Part shown: one piece after another, positions 23,480-36,968 of the stretch
Numbering within the stretch: the first letter of the stretch is position 1
Layout: the number at the start of each line of letters is the position of its first letter
From: Octopus sinensis
Lineage: Eukaryota
Length of the DNA: 64,000 nucleotides
Assembly: GCF_006345805.1 (NCBI RefSeq)
Contig: NC_043007.1
Coordinates: 73,036,001 to 73,100,000, forward strand
Direction: 5' to 3'
Program-made: the position numbers and the translations under genes
The notes under the pieces: model-generated
The model's input: the letters and a program-made list of their open reading frames with translations, nothing else
Databases searched by the model: none
What the model was told of the DNA's origin: nothing

Positions 23480-23890
23480 TTCTTTACTACCTACAAGGGG
23501 CTAAACACAGAGGGGACAAACAAGGACAGACAAATGGATTAAGTCGATTATATTGACTCCAGTGCGCAAACTGGTACTTATTTAATCGACCCCGAAAGGA
23601 TGAAAGGCAAAGTCGACCTCGGCAGAATTTGAACTCAGAACGTAGAGGCAGACGAAATACCTATTTCTTTACTACCCACAAGGGGCTAAACACAGAAGGA
23701 ACAAACAAGGACAGACATAGGTATTAAGTTGATTACATCGACCCCAGTGCATAACTGGTACTTATTTAATCAATCCCGAAAGGATGAAAGGCAAAGTCGA
23801 GCTCAGCAGAATTTGAACTCAGAACGTAGCGGCAGACGAAATACGACTAGGCATTTCGCCCAGCGTGCTAACGATTCTGCCAGCTCTCCT
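23480..23890 (-). mobile_element. Dimeric Meta/MESC-like SINE
   Basis: Two tandem modules cacaaggggctaaacacaga...gaaaggatgaaaggcaaagtcgac...gaactcagaacgta. Confidence 0.85.
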
Positions 23891-24333
23891 TAATATGCTG
23901 TTGACACATTATTAGAAGCCGTCACTGTTTGACAGATATTTTGTTTACAAGACATAAATTAGCTATTAGCTGTTGTGAATGTGTTCATCAATCAGAGCTC
24001 TATATTAACGTGTTAAGTGTCTACATTTTATCAACAGAAGTAATAAAATAATTGATCATCATTTCAGATATATTTATTGCAAGTGAATGGGGATTTATTG
24101 AAAGTTAAATGTCTCTATCATTTTATATATTTTAACAATGGCTGTTTCTTTGCTTCTTACTTCATAGCAATTGTTAGATATTTTTCAAACTGATTCATAT
24201 TTTCTATACCATTTATACATATCCTATAATGTCATTTAAACATATAAAATTCACAGTTCTATATTTAAGAGATGAGGAATAATGTACATTATTTACATTA
24301 GACGGATATTTGTCCTCATCTTGTTTTGTTGTT

Positions 24334-24379
24334 AACACAACATTTTGGCTGATGTATCCTCCAGCCTTCATCAGGTGTC
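24334..24379 (-). ncRNA. Minimal type-I hammerhead fold, inactivated (G12A plus stem III change)
   Basis: GACAC-CUGAUGA-aGGCUG..CAGCC-AAAAU-GUU-GUGUU. Confidence 0.55.
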
Positions 24380-24562
24380 TTGGGGAAATTTTATTATTAT
24401 TATTATTATTATTATTCAGGTCACTGCTTGAAATTGAACTCAGAATCTTGAGGTTAGTAGCCCATGCTCTTAACCACTATGCCTTTTGCTCAGGCATATA
24501 GCATAGTGGTTAAGAGCACGGGCTACAAACTCTAAGATTCCGAGTTCGATTCCAAGCAGTGA

Positions 24563-24603
<41 letters not shown>

Positions 24604-24676
24604 TAATAATAATAATAATAATAATAATATCGAAAAATACCTTATGAATGAGAACCCAGGTTCGAAATTTCCCCAA

Positions 24677-24722
24677 GACACCTGATGAAAGCTGGAGAAT
24701 ACATCAGCCAAAACGTTGTGTT
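24677..24722 (+). ncRNA. Minimal type-I hammerhead fold, probably inactivated (G12A)
   Basis: GACAC-CUGAUGA-aaGCUG..CAGCc-AAAAC-GU-U-GUGUU. Stems I and II are present and stem III is the palindrome ACGU; GAAA reads AAAA, consistent with CpG decay. Confidence 0.6.
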
Positions 24723-25254
24723 AACAACAAAACAAGATGAGGACAATGTAAATAATGCATATAAAATTCATTTTATAAAACAATTTTAAGCTTACTTTAT
24801 AACAAGGGTAGAAACTTTTTTACAGGGTGGAGATTGCAAATCTATAAGAATCTCTGGATATATGATATGACACCAAAGATGTCATATCATACATCTTGAA
24901 TTTAATATGGAAAAATGAAGGTGCATGGCATCATGACTGCAAGATCATGGTTTCAATTCCTGGACCAGGTAATGCATTTTGATTTTGAGCAAAACACTTC
25001 ATTTCACATTGCTCCAGTCCACTTAGACAACCATCATATAAGCAGTGTCCTTCATTTGCAATCTTCTGTGAAAACATGTCTGGCCATGAGAACATATCAG
25101 CTTACTTAGAAAAAAGTGAGCATTGGTGACAGGAAGAGTATCCATATGAATCCATAAAAATATATACTGTCACTTTCAGCTCAAAATAGTACTTGAACAT
25201 ATGCCTTTTGTTTTTCTCAAATAAAGTTTCAAGTCACCATCATAATTGTCATTA

Positions 25255-25480
25255 TTAGGATTTAACATCCATCTTTTGTGCTGGTATGGGTTGGATGGTG
25301 TGATAGGACCGGATGGGTCGAAGGACTGCATCAGGCCCCAATGTCAGCTTTGGCTTAGTTTCTAGCATTGAATGCCCTTCCTAATGCCTGTCACTTTACA
25401 AAGTGTACTGAGTGCTTTTTTCATAGTACCTGCACCAGGAAGTTACTAGGTAGCTCGTTAAACTAAGATCCCCTTTAACT
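25255..25480 (-). mobile_element. RTE-type 3' tail/SINE fragment
   Basis: gctggtatgggttggatgg...gaatgcccttcctaatgcc, homologous to the other tail copies. Confidence 0.65.
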
Positions 25481-26163
25481 GAGTGAGAGTACAGTAAAGA
25501 GAGATGTGGATTTATGCTAGGGAATATGAAAGAAGGAATTTGAATGAGTTCCTTTTGTCGTATGTTAATCTAAAAAAAAAAATACCATATTCTACTCCAA
25601 AATCTTTCAAAATGTCTTTTCATTTTCCATTGTTCAATTCTTTATTTTTAAATAATTTAATTACCATTTTTATAACATTGTTATCTAAGAGAATGTGATA
25701 AGGTTTTAGAATCTAGTTGATGGCTCAACAATTCTTTCTTGATTTTAAGTAGCAAGTACTTATTGTTATTGTGGTATGAGGGAACTGTAATGCAGGGAAT
25801 AAAATATGGTTCACCTACCTCTCGTTGGCTGTCCAGCTGTGTTAAGTCCAAACACATGCTCTACCCATCTTACCTAACGATAGCAGCCGCTACTACCAAT
25901 CCCTGCACACTTGCTCATCCACTCATGTCTATTCACCACCACTGCCCCTGGCTGAAAAGAGGACGACCCTGGTCTTGCTTCCTTCACTTTCTCTGCCTTC
26001 CTATTCTGGTGGAACCCCTCAGTCGGATGTCACAGCCCTTTCCTTCAGGTTCATCTCATCCCTACAGTTATCTTACCAAAGACAGTGCACCGCCCATAAC
26101 CATGCACATAAATTTTTTGTAGATTAAATCAAAATTACTTAGACTCAGAAAAAATTATTTTCA

Positions 26164-26289
26164 GCCACATGGTTCCGGGTTCAGTCCTACTGCGTGGCAT
26201 CTTGGGCAAGTGTCTTCTACTATAGCCTCAGGCCGACCAAAGCTTTGTGAGTGGATTTGGTAGACAGAAACTGAAAGAAGCCCGTCGTA

Positions 26290-26333
<44 letters not shown>

Positions 26334-26539
26334 TGTGTGTGTTTGTGTGTCTGTGTTTATCCCCCTAGCATTGCTTGACAACCGATGCTGGTGTGTTTAC
26401 GTCAATTAGCGGTTCGGCAAAAGAGACCGATAGAATAAGTACTGGGCTTACAAAGAATAAGTCCCGGGGTCAAGTTGCTCGATTAAAGGCGGTGCTCCAG
26501 CATGGCCGCAGTCAAATGACTGAAACAAGTAAAAGAGTA
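26164..26539 (+). mobile_element. SINE family A
   Basis: Close match to 2171-2582, lacking the first ~40 nt. Confidence 0.9.
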
Positions 26540-26984
26540 TCTCTAGTAGTTTCATGCATTGATTTTGTACAAGTAAATTTTGTCTTATTGAAAGGACTGT
26601 CATTTTCCCAGTCACAAAAATAGCTGACTGTGCCATTATTTAAGTATGTCTGTTATTTCATTATATCTCCAAATTCTTGATGCTGTTTTTGTTTCACTGA
26701 TTCTTGAATAACATCATCCTTGACATTTTATCTCTTCAAAAATTAAAACCCTCAATCTGACTTTTTCCAGTTTTTAAATTTATACAACCTACATACTCTC
26801 CAAGAAACTTCTTTAATGGTTTCCTTTGCAATAAATTCACACATATAACTACTTGCTTGTATTACATAAATATATTTATCAACATGCCTTTTGAAAACAG
26901 CTTATTGTTAGTGTAGATATTCTTTAAAAAGTCTAATTCCACTTAATACTGTATCTTGACCAGTTTTCTTTATATTCCTTATAC

Positions 26985-27370
26985 GGTACAGGTGTGGCTG
27001 TGTGGTAAGAAAGTTTACTTCTCAACCACATCGTTCTGGGCCAAGAACCAGCCAAAACCATGTGAGCGGATTTGATAGATGGAAACTGAAGGAAGCCCAT
27101 TATATGTATACAAGTATGTGTGATTGTGTGTGCATGTATTATTGTCTCCTTGCTTCAATATCACATAATAGTTGTAAGCAAGTGTCACTGTAATGCAAAC
27201 TGTGTCCTTTGTTTCCAACCCTCTGTGAAAGCATGTCTGGTCCACAAGGAAACCTTACCTTACTTGGAAACAGGTGAAGATTGGTGGTAGGAAGGGCATT
27301 GGGGGCATAGAAAAATCTACTTCCATCTGACTCATGCAAGCATGGATAAGTGGATGTTAAAACAACGATA
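26985..27370 (+). mobile_element. Chimeric SINE: family-A-like tRNA head plus RTE-type tail
   Basis: Head ggtgtggctgtgtggtaag; tail ggaagggcatt...catgcaagcatggataagtggatgttaaa. A similar copy lies at 38215-38610. Confidence 0.65.
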
Positions 27371-27529
27371 AAACAATGGGAATTATTCTTAGATAAATAG
27401 GGACTTTCAAGATCAAACTTTTCATAAACCACATCCCAATCTTTACAAATAAGACCCTTTTCATTTACTTCTGTCAAAAGAAACTCCAAAAAGAGTTATT
27501 GTTAATGAGCTTTTTATTATGAATTTTGA

Positions 27530-27670
27530 AGGGTATCCAGCTGTAGAAACACTGCCAGATCAGACTGGAGCCTGGTGCAGCCTTCTGGCTTCCCAGACCC
27601 CGGTCGAACCGTCCAACCCATGCTAGCATGGAAAACGGACGTTAAACGATGATGATGATGATGATGATAA
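27530..27670 (+). mobile_element. RTE-type 3' tail, well preserved
   Basis: gggtatccagctgtagaaacactgccagatc...ccatgctagcatggaaaacggacgttaaac followed by (GAT)n. Confidence 0.85.
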
Positions 27671-28557
27671 TATTGATTTCAAATCTTTAATAAAAATTGA
27701 CAATTGTTACCAACATTCAAAGTTCTTGAACTTAATTCCTCACAGCACAACTGATAAAACTTATTCACACTGACTATCCTCATTTACTGAAAGGGATTGG
27801 TTCCAAATAATACAGTCATAAATTAATAATCTCCACGCAGTTTATAAATAAAACAAATAGAAGATTCATTGACACCAAACTTGTCGCCCACAGCCGAAAA
27901 ACTTTCAAAGTCATGCATTTTTTTATCATCTCTTCCTTTTCCTATAAAGAGTACACTCATCTGCATCATTTGTTAGCATCAGAGTGGTGCTTTCATATTT
28001 TTCATGTTTGCTGATCCTGTGTTGATGTCCTATTAGTATGTAAATCTGTAGAAAAATATGCAGCCTCATGGTACAGTCACGTTAGCACAAGTGCTAGTCA
28101 GTACATTCTGGGTAACTGAGAACTGTGTATGATTGCTGAGGTGCATTTTTATGGTCCAAGCAGAATCTTTGATTAACCACTAACCTGTGTTATCACAAAT
28201 TAATCCATAATAAGCATTTCACAGTTCACAATGAATTGTTATCCCAGATCAGTGATAAATGAATCAAGGGTAAACAAGGATAGATGTACTAAAACTCAAT
28301 GAGCTGGAATAACAGAATGTTAGCAGTAGTAAAGGACCCAGCAATGTAGACCCTTGTTCTAACAAATAAGAAATGCCACTCTTACAAATATAAAAAAAAA
28401 TGTATGCAAGGCATTAAATAAATAAATAAAAGAAGTGATACTAAAGTTACTCTGTTATTACAAAGTGGACATTTACCAACCATAAAAGGACAATAATATT
28501 TAGACAGGGTGTATAAAGTTGATGGCTAATGACTATATGATGATGATGTCACCAAAA

Positions 28558-29765
28558 TGTAACAACAATGATTTAAATGAAAATGATGTACCTGAGAAAT
28601 GATTAAAGAACAAAACTATTAATTATGAACATGACCATTTTTCAAACAGATTGTAATATTGGTTGTTACAAAAATTTATGATATCCTTACATTGTTGTGA
28701 GTACACATTGTTGCAGTAAACTATACTCCATGGATCTGTGGTCCATTCTGTATGATAGCTAGTCTACTACTACTAGAGAAAGACAGAATAAAGGGAATGC
28801 GGAAAGACACAAATGATAAGAAGTCTATGTTCACTTGCATAGTAAGAAAGTTCATTCCTTACCCAGGCTGTGGCCAGCCAAAAAGAGAGAGATGGGTAAA
28901 TTGCTTGAGTTTTTAGGTTTGCTAAGTAAAGTACATCAACTGAGAACAATAAATTCTACCAGAATTATTTGTCTTGACCCTTCTGCAACAAGAGAAAGAT
29001 CAAGAGATCAACTCATTCTCATTAATCTCCAAATAGCAGAGAGAAGAAGACAATAGACCAGAAATTTGTTTGACAACTAATAAAAATGTGGATTCAAGAC
29101 TCCACTTAGCTATGCTGTAAGCTGGTTGCTAAATCACTCTTCCTCCCACATAATTTGTCAAAGACCTAGGATCAATACTGGGAAAAATTGCAGGCATGTG
29201 CACTATGCACAAATTGAAGAATGTTCAAAATTGTGAGGGTATAGACTGATCTGATGCCAGGTCAAGAAAAATCATGGGTATCAGGAGAAAGAAACTGAGG
29301 TGATGCACATGGAACAAAAATCTATTTGAATGGGTCTGAATAGTTCAATATCTTTTTGCGTGCAAAAAGTACAGTCTGGACTTTGGCTTTGGACAGTGTT
29401 AAGTTGGGGTGAGAGAGTGTAGATATAATTTGAAAATTTTCAGGCAGAACTGTGCATGCTGTGTTAAGTGCCTTAAAAAAAGGTTCAGAAGCCAACTGCC
29501 TCTGGCACTCAGTAGAGAGGCCAAGTGAGTCTGGTCCTGAGGGCAAGTGACTTGCTGGTGCATTGGGAAAGACAGGCAAACTTTTTGTCTTTATACTGTG
29601 GCCAACTTGGGGGTCTTACAGAGTGATGTTGTGTCTAGAAACAAGGGTGCAGAGAGCATAATCAAACATACATACTAGGTACAAACATGGAAAAGCATGT
29701 CAATAAAGGCACAATATTGTGGTGCGAGTGTGTAACTATGTGCAAGTATGCATGCATATATGGAC

Positions 29766-29811
<46 letters not shown>

Positions 29812-31755
29812 AAATATAGAATGGTGAAAAGTCTGATCAACCTGTGGAAAAATAAGTAAATCTGTGAAAGGTGCAAAGAAAACATTGTGAAAATCATGCA
29901 ATGAAAATACATCAAACAATATGTATGCATGAAATGGGCAATACAAGCAACCAATAAGAAAAATACATTATAAAAATAATATGAATGCATGTGAATCTCT
30001 TTGTGGAATTGAGTCTTCATGGAAAATGAGTTCTCAAGGAAAATGAGACATCGCAGAATAAACATGCTAATGTGTAACAAATAAAAGTTTGCAATGCAGA
30101 CAGCATAGTAAACAGTACAAAATAGTTTAAACGAAGGAAAGAAAAATCAAATAACAAACTTGACAGGAAGAGCATCCTTTACTAAAAAGCTAGTGCTGAA
30201 ATGTAAGAAAAGAATAGGTACATGCAAAGGGGAAAAAACATTCTTGACAGTTTATGTATGCAAAATATGTGGAAGAATGCCAGAAAGATGCAGGATTTGT
30301 ACCTTGGGATTCAAGATGAAAAATGTGTGGCTGTCGAAAAAGTAGAGTTTATGGGCTTCCATAAGTCCAGTGATGTTTGCATGAACAGCAGTTATTTCTC
30401 TGTATTTGCAGTTTCAGTTGCAGTTTAAGTTGTTGGTCCTGTCCTGGAGAAATATGCAGGGATGTAATTTGGCTATTCTGCGGAGTGCATGGCAATTAGC
30501 TGCATTGTCTTGGTAGATAATATTTGTGTTGTGGCCAGATAAAAGTTGTCTGCGGGATTTTGGCATGGAACCATGGAATTCAATCAGAGTGCATGTTGCT
30601 TTGTTTATTAGTTGGAGGCTTGTAGCTAATTGGAGTCTGTGCATTTCATGTTAAGACAGGTGCACATTGGTTTTTAAAAGCAGGATTTAACTGTTAAAAA
30701 GCTTCAACTCCAATCATAGAAAATTGCATGTTTGGTTGAAGAGAAGGCTGTAATTCCTTTAAGTCAAACGTAACAATTTCTGTGTATCAACCTGTGATGA
30801 AATTAGGGTGGTGGCGAACCCTGCAATACTCTTTTCTCACAACTTTCTCTCACACTCTCTTCTTATTTCTGTTGTACCTGTATTTTCAAAGGGCTGTGTC
30901 AAACTGAATCTCCCTGAGAACTACATTAAGAGTACATGTGTCTGTGGAGTGCTTAGCCACTTGCACGTTAATTTCATGAGCAGACTGTTCCATTGATCGG
31001 ATCAACTGGAACCCTCGTCATCACAACTGACAGAATGCCAAGGAGGATGAAATTAGTGCAACTGTTTTAGGTGTGTAATTCTTGAATCTGGGGTAGAAAG
31101 CTGCTACCTGTAACAACAGATTGCAATTGGTTTAGAAGGCTTGAGTTCTTGAGTCGGCAGTCACTAAAATGTAACGACAGTGATTTAAATTAAAATGATG
31201 CATTGAAGAATTGATTAAAGAACAGAACAATAAGAATTATGAAGACAGCCATGTATTAAGTTGATTATAATATTAGCTGTTGCAATATATTATAATTAAT
31301 GACGTATAATTAATTGTTGCAGTAAAATATATTCCGTGGGTCTGTAGTTCATTCTATATGAAAGACAGTTTCATGTCTGTTACTATTAGAGAAAGACAGA
31401 ATAAAAGGAATGTAGAAAGATAGAAATGATAAATAATACATTCACACACATAGCAAGAAGGCTCACTCCTTACCCAGGCTGCAACCAGCCAAAAACAGAG
31501 AGATAGCTAAATTGCTTGTGTATTTAAAGTAGATCAATGCTAATTAAAGTAGGTCAATGAGGACAATAGATTCACTGGAATTATCTGTCTTGACCCTTCC
31601 ATGACCAGAGAAAGATCAAGAGGTCAACTCATTCTCATTAATCTCCAAGTGCAGAGAGGATAAAATAATACACCAGAAATTTGTTTGACAATTCATAAAA
31701 ATGTAGAATTTGGTTTCAAATCCATTTAGCTATATTGTAGCTGATTGCAAAAACT
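28558..31755 (-). mobile_element. Old, internally deleted non-autonomous LTR retrotransposon
   Basis: Two ~580-bp diverged direct repeats (28558-29136 and 31170-~31755), both beginning TGTAAC on plus. Minus-strand PBS-like TAGTGACTGCCGAC next to 31170; PPT-like GGGAGGAAGAG at 29137-29147; ~2-kb decayed interior. Confidence 0.7.
30800..31040 (+). mobile_element. SINE fragment nested in the old LTR element
   Basis: gtctgtggagtgcttagccacttgcacgttaatttc...gatcggatcaactggaaccctcgtc. Shares caactttctctcac with the SINE at 63503. Confidence 0.55.
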
Positions 31756-33429
31756 ATAAAACCATATTGTCATCATCTTCACAGATCATAGACTTATCAA
31801 AACATGGACTGAGTTTCTGGCTGGCTCATTTCTCATAAATCTACAGAAACCACTGACTGGTAGATTAGTTTACCACAGCCATTGTATCTAAGTCTAATTG
31901 TCAAGAATTATCAGATATATTATTAAGAGAAAGCTGGTGATTGTCACACACTGATAACGGGTAAATACTCAGAAACTTGGGTCTGTGTGTATCGTGTCAG
32001 GCTGGAGATGGGACCGATGACTTCCCTTTGCAAATACTGATAGGGCACAGAAAGTGTGTCAATAGCTAGCTGGAGGAGATGTCTTTCTGGGCTACAAGTT
32101 ACAGTAGCATCAACCCTTAAGGGTTAGCCACATTTAGGTGGAAAATAAACTTCACAATGTCATGCAGCTACTGTTTATACCTTGCTCAGATATTTATTAT
32201 CAGTCAAAGTACTTTTAGACTAAATATTTGTTGGTGTCTTCGTTTCAAATTAAAATCCAACAAACTTGGTTTCATATAATGAATGCAATTAAAAAACTGA
32301 AATTATATTTAATCTATTTTATTCTTCCACTCTGAAATTTGTCATTTCTCAAATAAGAAAACAAAAGAAATATTTATGAGGAGAAAAGAGAGCAACTGAC
32401 ACAAAATACTTATATTGGTACTGACTTCGGAACTTGTACTTGATAAACACTTGAAGAAATGTTACTTTCTTTTTTCAGTAAAGTTGTTGGGAAAAGAATG
32501 AATGCAACAACATGGCAGTAATCTGTTTTCTTGTACCTAATGAAAATGTTAATAATATTGAAAATATAATTTATTTAAATTTTCGGGATTGTCTTACAAT
32601 GTCGTCATTTTTTTTTACTTATCTCCATCAAAAAACCTCAAGCCCATTGCTAAGTAATCAACTACAGGAATTTCCATTTAACAGGATGTTCATAAAATAC
32701 AACGAAATGTTTTATTGTCATAGGATTTTCCATTGTATATCTAACCTCTATTGCTAGAATATATCTTTTTACATGCTTTTCAAAAAAGAAAAAAAGAAAA
32801 AAAGAATGGGTGTTTTAATGATTCTAAAGACAACAAGATAGTTGTTTCCAAGATTAAATGACGTATCAAGGAGTGTTACAATATTGATAGAATGTTAATA
32901 CATCAGTTATAAGGCCCTGAATTTGAATTCTTTCAACATTAAATAGGTTTCCTAGAATACTTCTTTAGTTTGCAGAACTAAGTTTAAATCTGAGTCTTTG
33001 ATATTATTACCAGGTAACAGGAGAAGGATAAGGAATAAGTGTGCTGAACTGTTTTTTTATTTCTATTTTTTTTTTATCTCTCTTGATATTAAAACTTCTC
33101 ATTGTCAACTTTCCTTAAAATAATAATCACTCATGTGCTCTCATAGCAACTTTGTTTATTTAGGCCAGAACAAGAACAATAGTGACTGCTGCTACTTATT
33201 TCTAAATTTTATTAAAGTAAAACCAAACAGAAGTTTTAAAATAAACCACTTCTCAGATATAACTAGTTCAGAGACGGTGTTTAGATGACCTTCACACATC
33301 TTACAAACCACTGCAGAGAGATGAAACATTCAAAGTGTTAGTGAAAATACTGTTATGATGGAAAACCAAACTCACACTTATTTTCTATTTTCTATTTTCT
33401 CCTGTCATCCTTCATGGATTCATAAAATA

Positions 33430-33430
33430 A

Positions 33431-33472
<42 letters not shown>

Positions 33473-33645
33473 TAATAATAATAATAACACTGGGATTAAT
33501 TTAGTTGGCTATTATAATGCTAACAAAGTGATACTTGTATGCTCCTCCTCCTCCTCCTCCTCCTCCTCCTCATCATCATCATCATCATCACCACCACCAC
33601 CACCACCACCACCACCACTACCACCACCACCACCACCACCATCAT
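33430..33645. repeat. (AAT)n and (CCT)/(CAT)/(CAC)n trinucleotide tracts
   Basis: Read directly from the sequence. Confidence 0.9.
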
Positions 33646-33780
33646 TTATTGTCTGTTTTCTATGCCAGCATGGATTGGACTGTTTGACAGGAGCTGGTAA
33701 TGCCAGGTGCTGCACCAGGCTCCAGTTGTCAGTTTTTGCATGGTTTCTACAGCTTGATGCCCTTCCTAATGCCAGCCTGT
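33645..33780 (-). mobile_element. RTE-type 3' tail fragment
   Basis: ttctatgccagcatggattggac...tgcccttcctaatgcc. Confidence 0.7.
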
Positions 33781-33849
33781 GTTTATAAAACCTTAGATTT
33801 AATTATTGCCAAAGTGTTGAGGTTACACTATGGTTTTGTTTTATATATA

Positions 33850-35090
33850 CCAAGGCCTAAATTCCCCATACGAGGGGTAGCCCCAACAAGACGCACACCA
33901 GGCATTCCATTCATTTCCCAGCTCAAAGAGGTGAGCCCTGTTCTATGCTTGGGTAAAGGCATTGAATGCAACCTCCGACATCACCACTGGGGCCCAACAG
34001 CATATGCTGGTTTACCCCTGCCACATCATGCTGGTTTCATACCCCTTTGAACAACATCAATTCACTCATCCATCCACAAACACTCTCCAAGCTTTCCTAT
34101 CGTTTATAAACCCGCTTGCCTTTCTCACACCAGCACCTCTAGCCACCAAAGCTTTCCTCACTCCATCCATCCACAGAAAACAAAGTCTGCTTCAGGTTTT
34201 GCTCCCTACCATTTCTACCTTCATCACCCACCTTACCATCCACCCCTCATCCATCTTATCTCAAACACATCTAGTCACCTTCTTTCTGCTTCTCTCAACC
34301 CCACGTCTCTGCACCATATAACATTGTCAACACAATCACACCCTCATACACACCTCTTTTTACTTTCATATTCAACCTTTTATCTTTCACAACTCCAACT
34401 ATGTTACTCTCCTCCCTCACTCTATATCCCACTTCCTCAGCCAACTCCCCCATCTGCAATCACATGGGATCCCAGATACTCGAAAACACTCACCTCCTCT
34501 AACATCTCACCATTTATACTCGCATTCACCCTACCAGCTATTCCATCTCTTGAACATCTCATCACCTTACTCTTAGCTACATTCACTTTCAGTCTCCTCC
34601 TTTCACACACTCTTCTAAACTCTACCACCATTCTCCTCAGTTGCTCTTCCGAATCTGCCACCAGTGCTGTATCATCAGCAAACAACAACTGACTTACCTG
34701 CAATTTCTCTCCAATTTCTCCTACCATTTGGGCTCCCTTACCAAAGGTTCTAGCATTCACCTCTCTCACCACACCATCAATATATAGATCAAACAGCCAC
34801 GGAAACATCACACAACACTGTCTTAACCCCCACTTTCACATCAAACTACTCACTAACTTCACCACTCACCCAAACGTACACCCTACTTTCTTTATAGGAA
34901 CTCTGTACAGCTCTCAACAATCTACCATCTACTCCATACACCTGCAACACCTGTCACATTGCATCCCTATTCCCATGTCCATAAAGGCCCAATATACATC
35001 CCTCTCTTTTGCCAAAAACTTCTCATACATCTGCCTTACTACAAATATCTGATCTGCACACCCCTTCCCACTCTCCTCCCCTTTGATATC
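33850..35090 (-). mobile_element. RTE LINE of a second lineage (BovB-like RT), 5'-truncated
   Basis: ORF 34437..34811 with FPWLFDLYIDGVVREVNAR...QLLFADDTALVADSEE...LKVNVAKSKVM; clearly different from the RTE at 13195. Confidence 0.9.
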
Positions 35091-35149
35091 AATTTATGTA
35101 GATTACTTTTGAGAATTTTGACAAAGCATTTCCAAATCTCAAACTTCAC

Positions 35150-35400
35150 CATCATTGTCATTTAATGTTCATTTTCCATGCTGGCATGGGTTGAAAGGTT
35201 TGACAGGATCTGGTGAATTGCAGAGCTGCATCAAGCTTGCTTTGGCATGGTTTCTATGGTTGGATGCCCTCCCTAATGCCAACCACTTTACAGTGTGAAT
35301 TGGGTGATTTATTTTCATACCACTGGTACTAACGGGGTTACCTAGTAAGTTACAAGACAGGTAAAAGTAAAACCCCACTTGACAAAGTGTGCATATGTGA
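35150..35400 (-). mobile_element. RTE-type 3' tail fragment
   Basis: ttccatgctggcatgggttg...ggatgccctccctaatgccaaccac. Confidence 0.7.
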
Positions 35401-36127
35401 AGGGAGTACGAGGGAGGGGTGTTTGTGCATGGTGTTGAGAAGCTAGAGTATGATAAAGAAACAAGTACAGGAATCTTGCTTTAGACAAAATATATGGCTA
35501 CCCTGTGTTATATAAAGGTGGGTGTTAGTAGCCAGGAAGAAGATAAGATAAGATGATAGTGATGATTAATTGTAACAAAGAACAGTGTCTTCTCAAACAA
35601 TGCTACTCAATTTTTTTAAACTATTGCTCCCTTCCTTTTTAACATTTTTTCAATGTCCCCCACATCATCTAAGTTACAATTCATCAGAATTAAAAACAAT
35701 ACAAAAAAATTACTGCTGACGGTTTAACCATTGTTAAAATGGCAAAACCACAAACAGTAGGAAATGATTTGCACACTGAAAAACAGATTAAAATATTTTT
35801 GAAAATGTGTAGCTGTGTGGTTAAACAGTTTGCATTTCAACCACTTGGTTGTGGGTTCAGTATCAAATTGTGTGGTACATTGGGTAAGTGTCCGCTATTA
35901 AAGATTCTGTTGAATCCCTAGCATGAAACTGATTGATAAGAATTGGCTGTAATGGATATATGATACTGTACTCTTTGGATAAATATACCCACTCTGTTGA
36001 CAAATATACAAGTGCATTTTTTCCTGACTTATGGACTCTTAGATGATTTACACACACACACACACACATGAAATTTTGTTTTCAGCCAAAGTTTTAGGAA
36101 TGCATTACCTACTAATGTGAAGAATTC

Positions 36128-36509
<382 letters not shown>

Positions 36510-36968
36510 CATTTTTGTATCTGGTTTGCAAGATCCATTTGTCTAGTGAGAGTCATTATGCCAATATAATTAACACACACACACACTGATTCAATTTCAA
36601 TCCTTTCCTTCATTATTAGTATTTTTAACCAATATTTTCCCAATTGACTAATAACAAAGTAAAGGAGTGGAGTTGTACCAGTGTGTATGTTACTTATATT
36701 GACATAATGACTCTCTTTAGACACAACATTGTATATATAGACAGAAATTCCTTGCTTTATGGAACTAATGCATTCCTAGAAACTTAGCTGTAATGCAAAA
36801 TTAATTTTCCTATTGATTTTCATATTATCAAGTGAGATTGCATTCCTACAAATATTTACGGGGTGAAAAGATAGAGATAAACAGAAGCACAAGAAAATAA
36901 CAGAGAACATGCAGCATGACCACTTTTATACATAAAAATAACTAATTCTAAACACACAGAGTACAATA

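Larger units (their letters stand above)
24284..24758. mobile_element. Head-to-head inverted pair of a tRNA-headed, (AAT)n-containing, hammerhead-tailed short element
   Basis: Left arm 24284-24483 (minus), right arm 24493-24758 (plus), 9-bp spacer. The right arm has A box TAGCATAGTGG (24499-24509) and B box GTTCGATTCC (24544-24553). The left arm lacks a ~36-bp segment. Confidence 0.85.
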
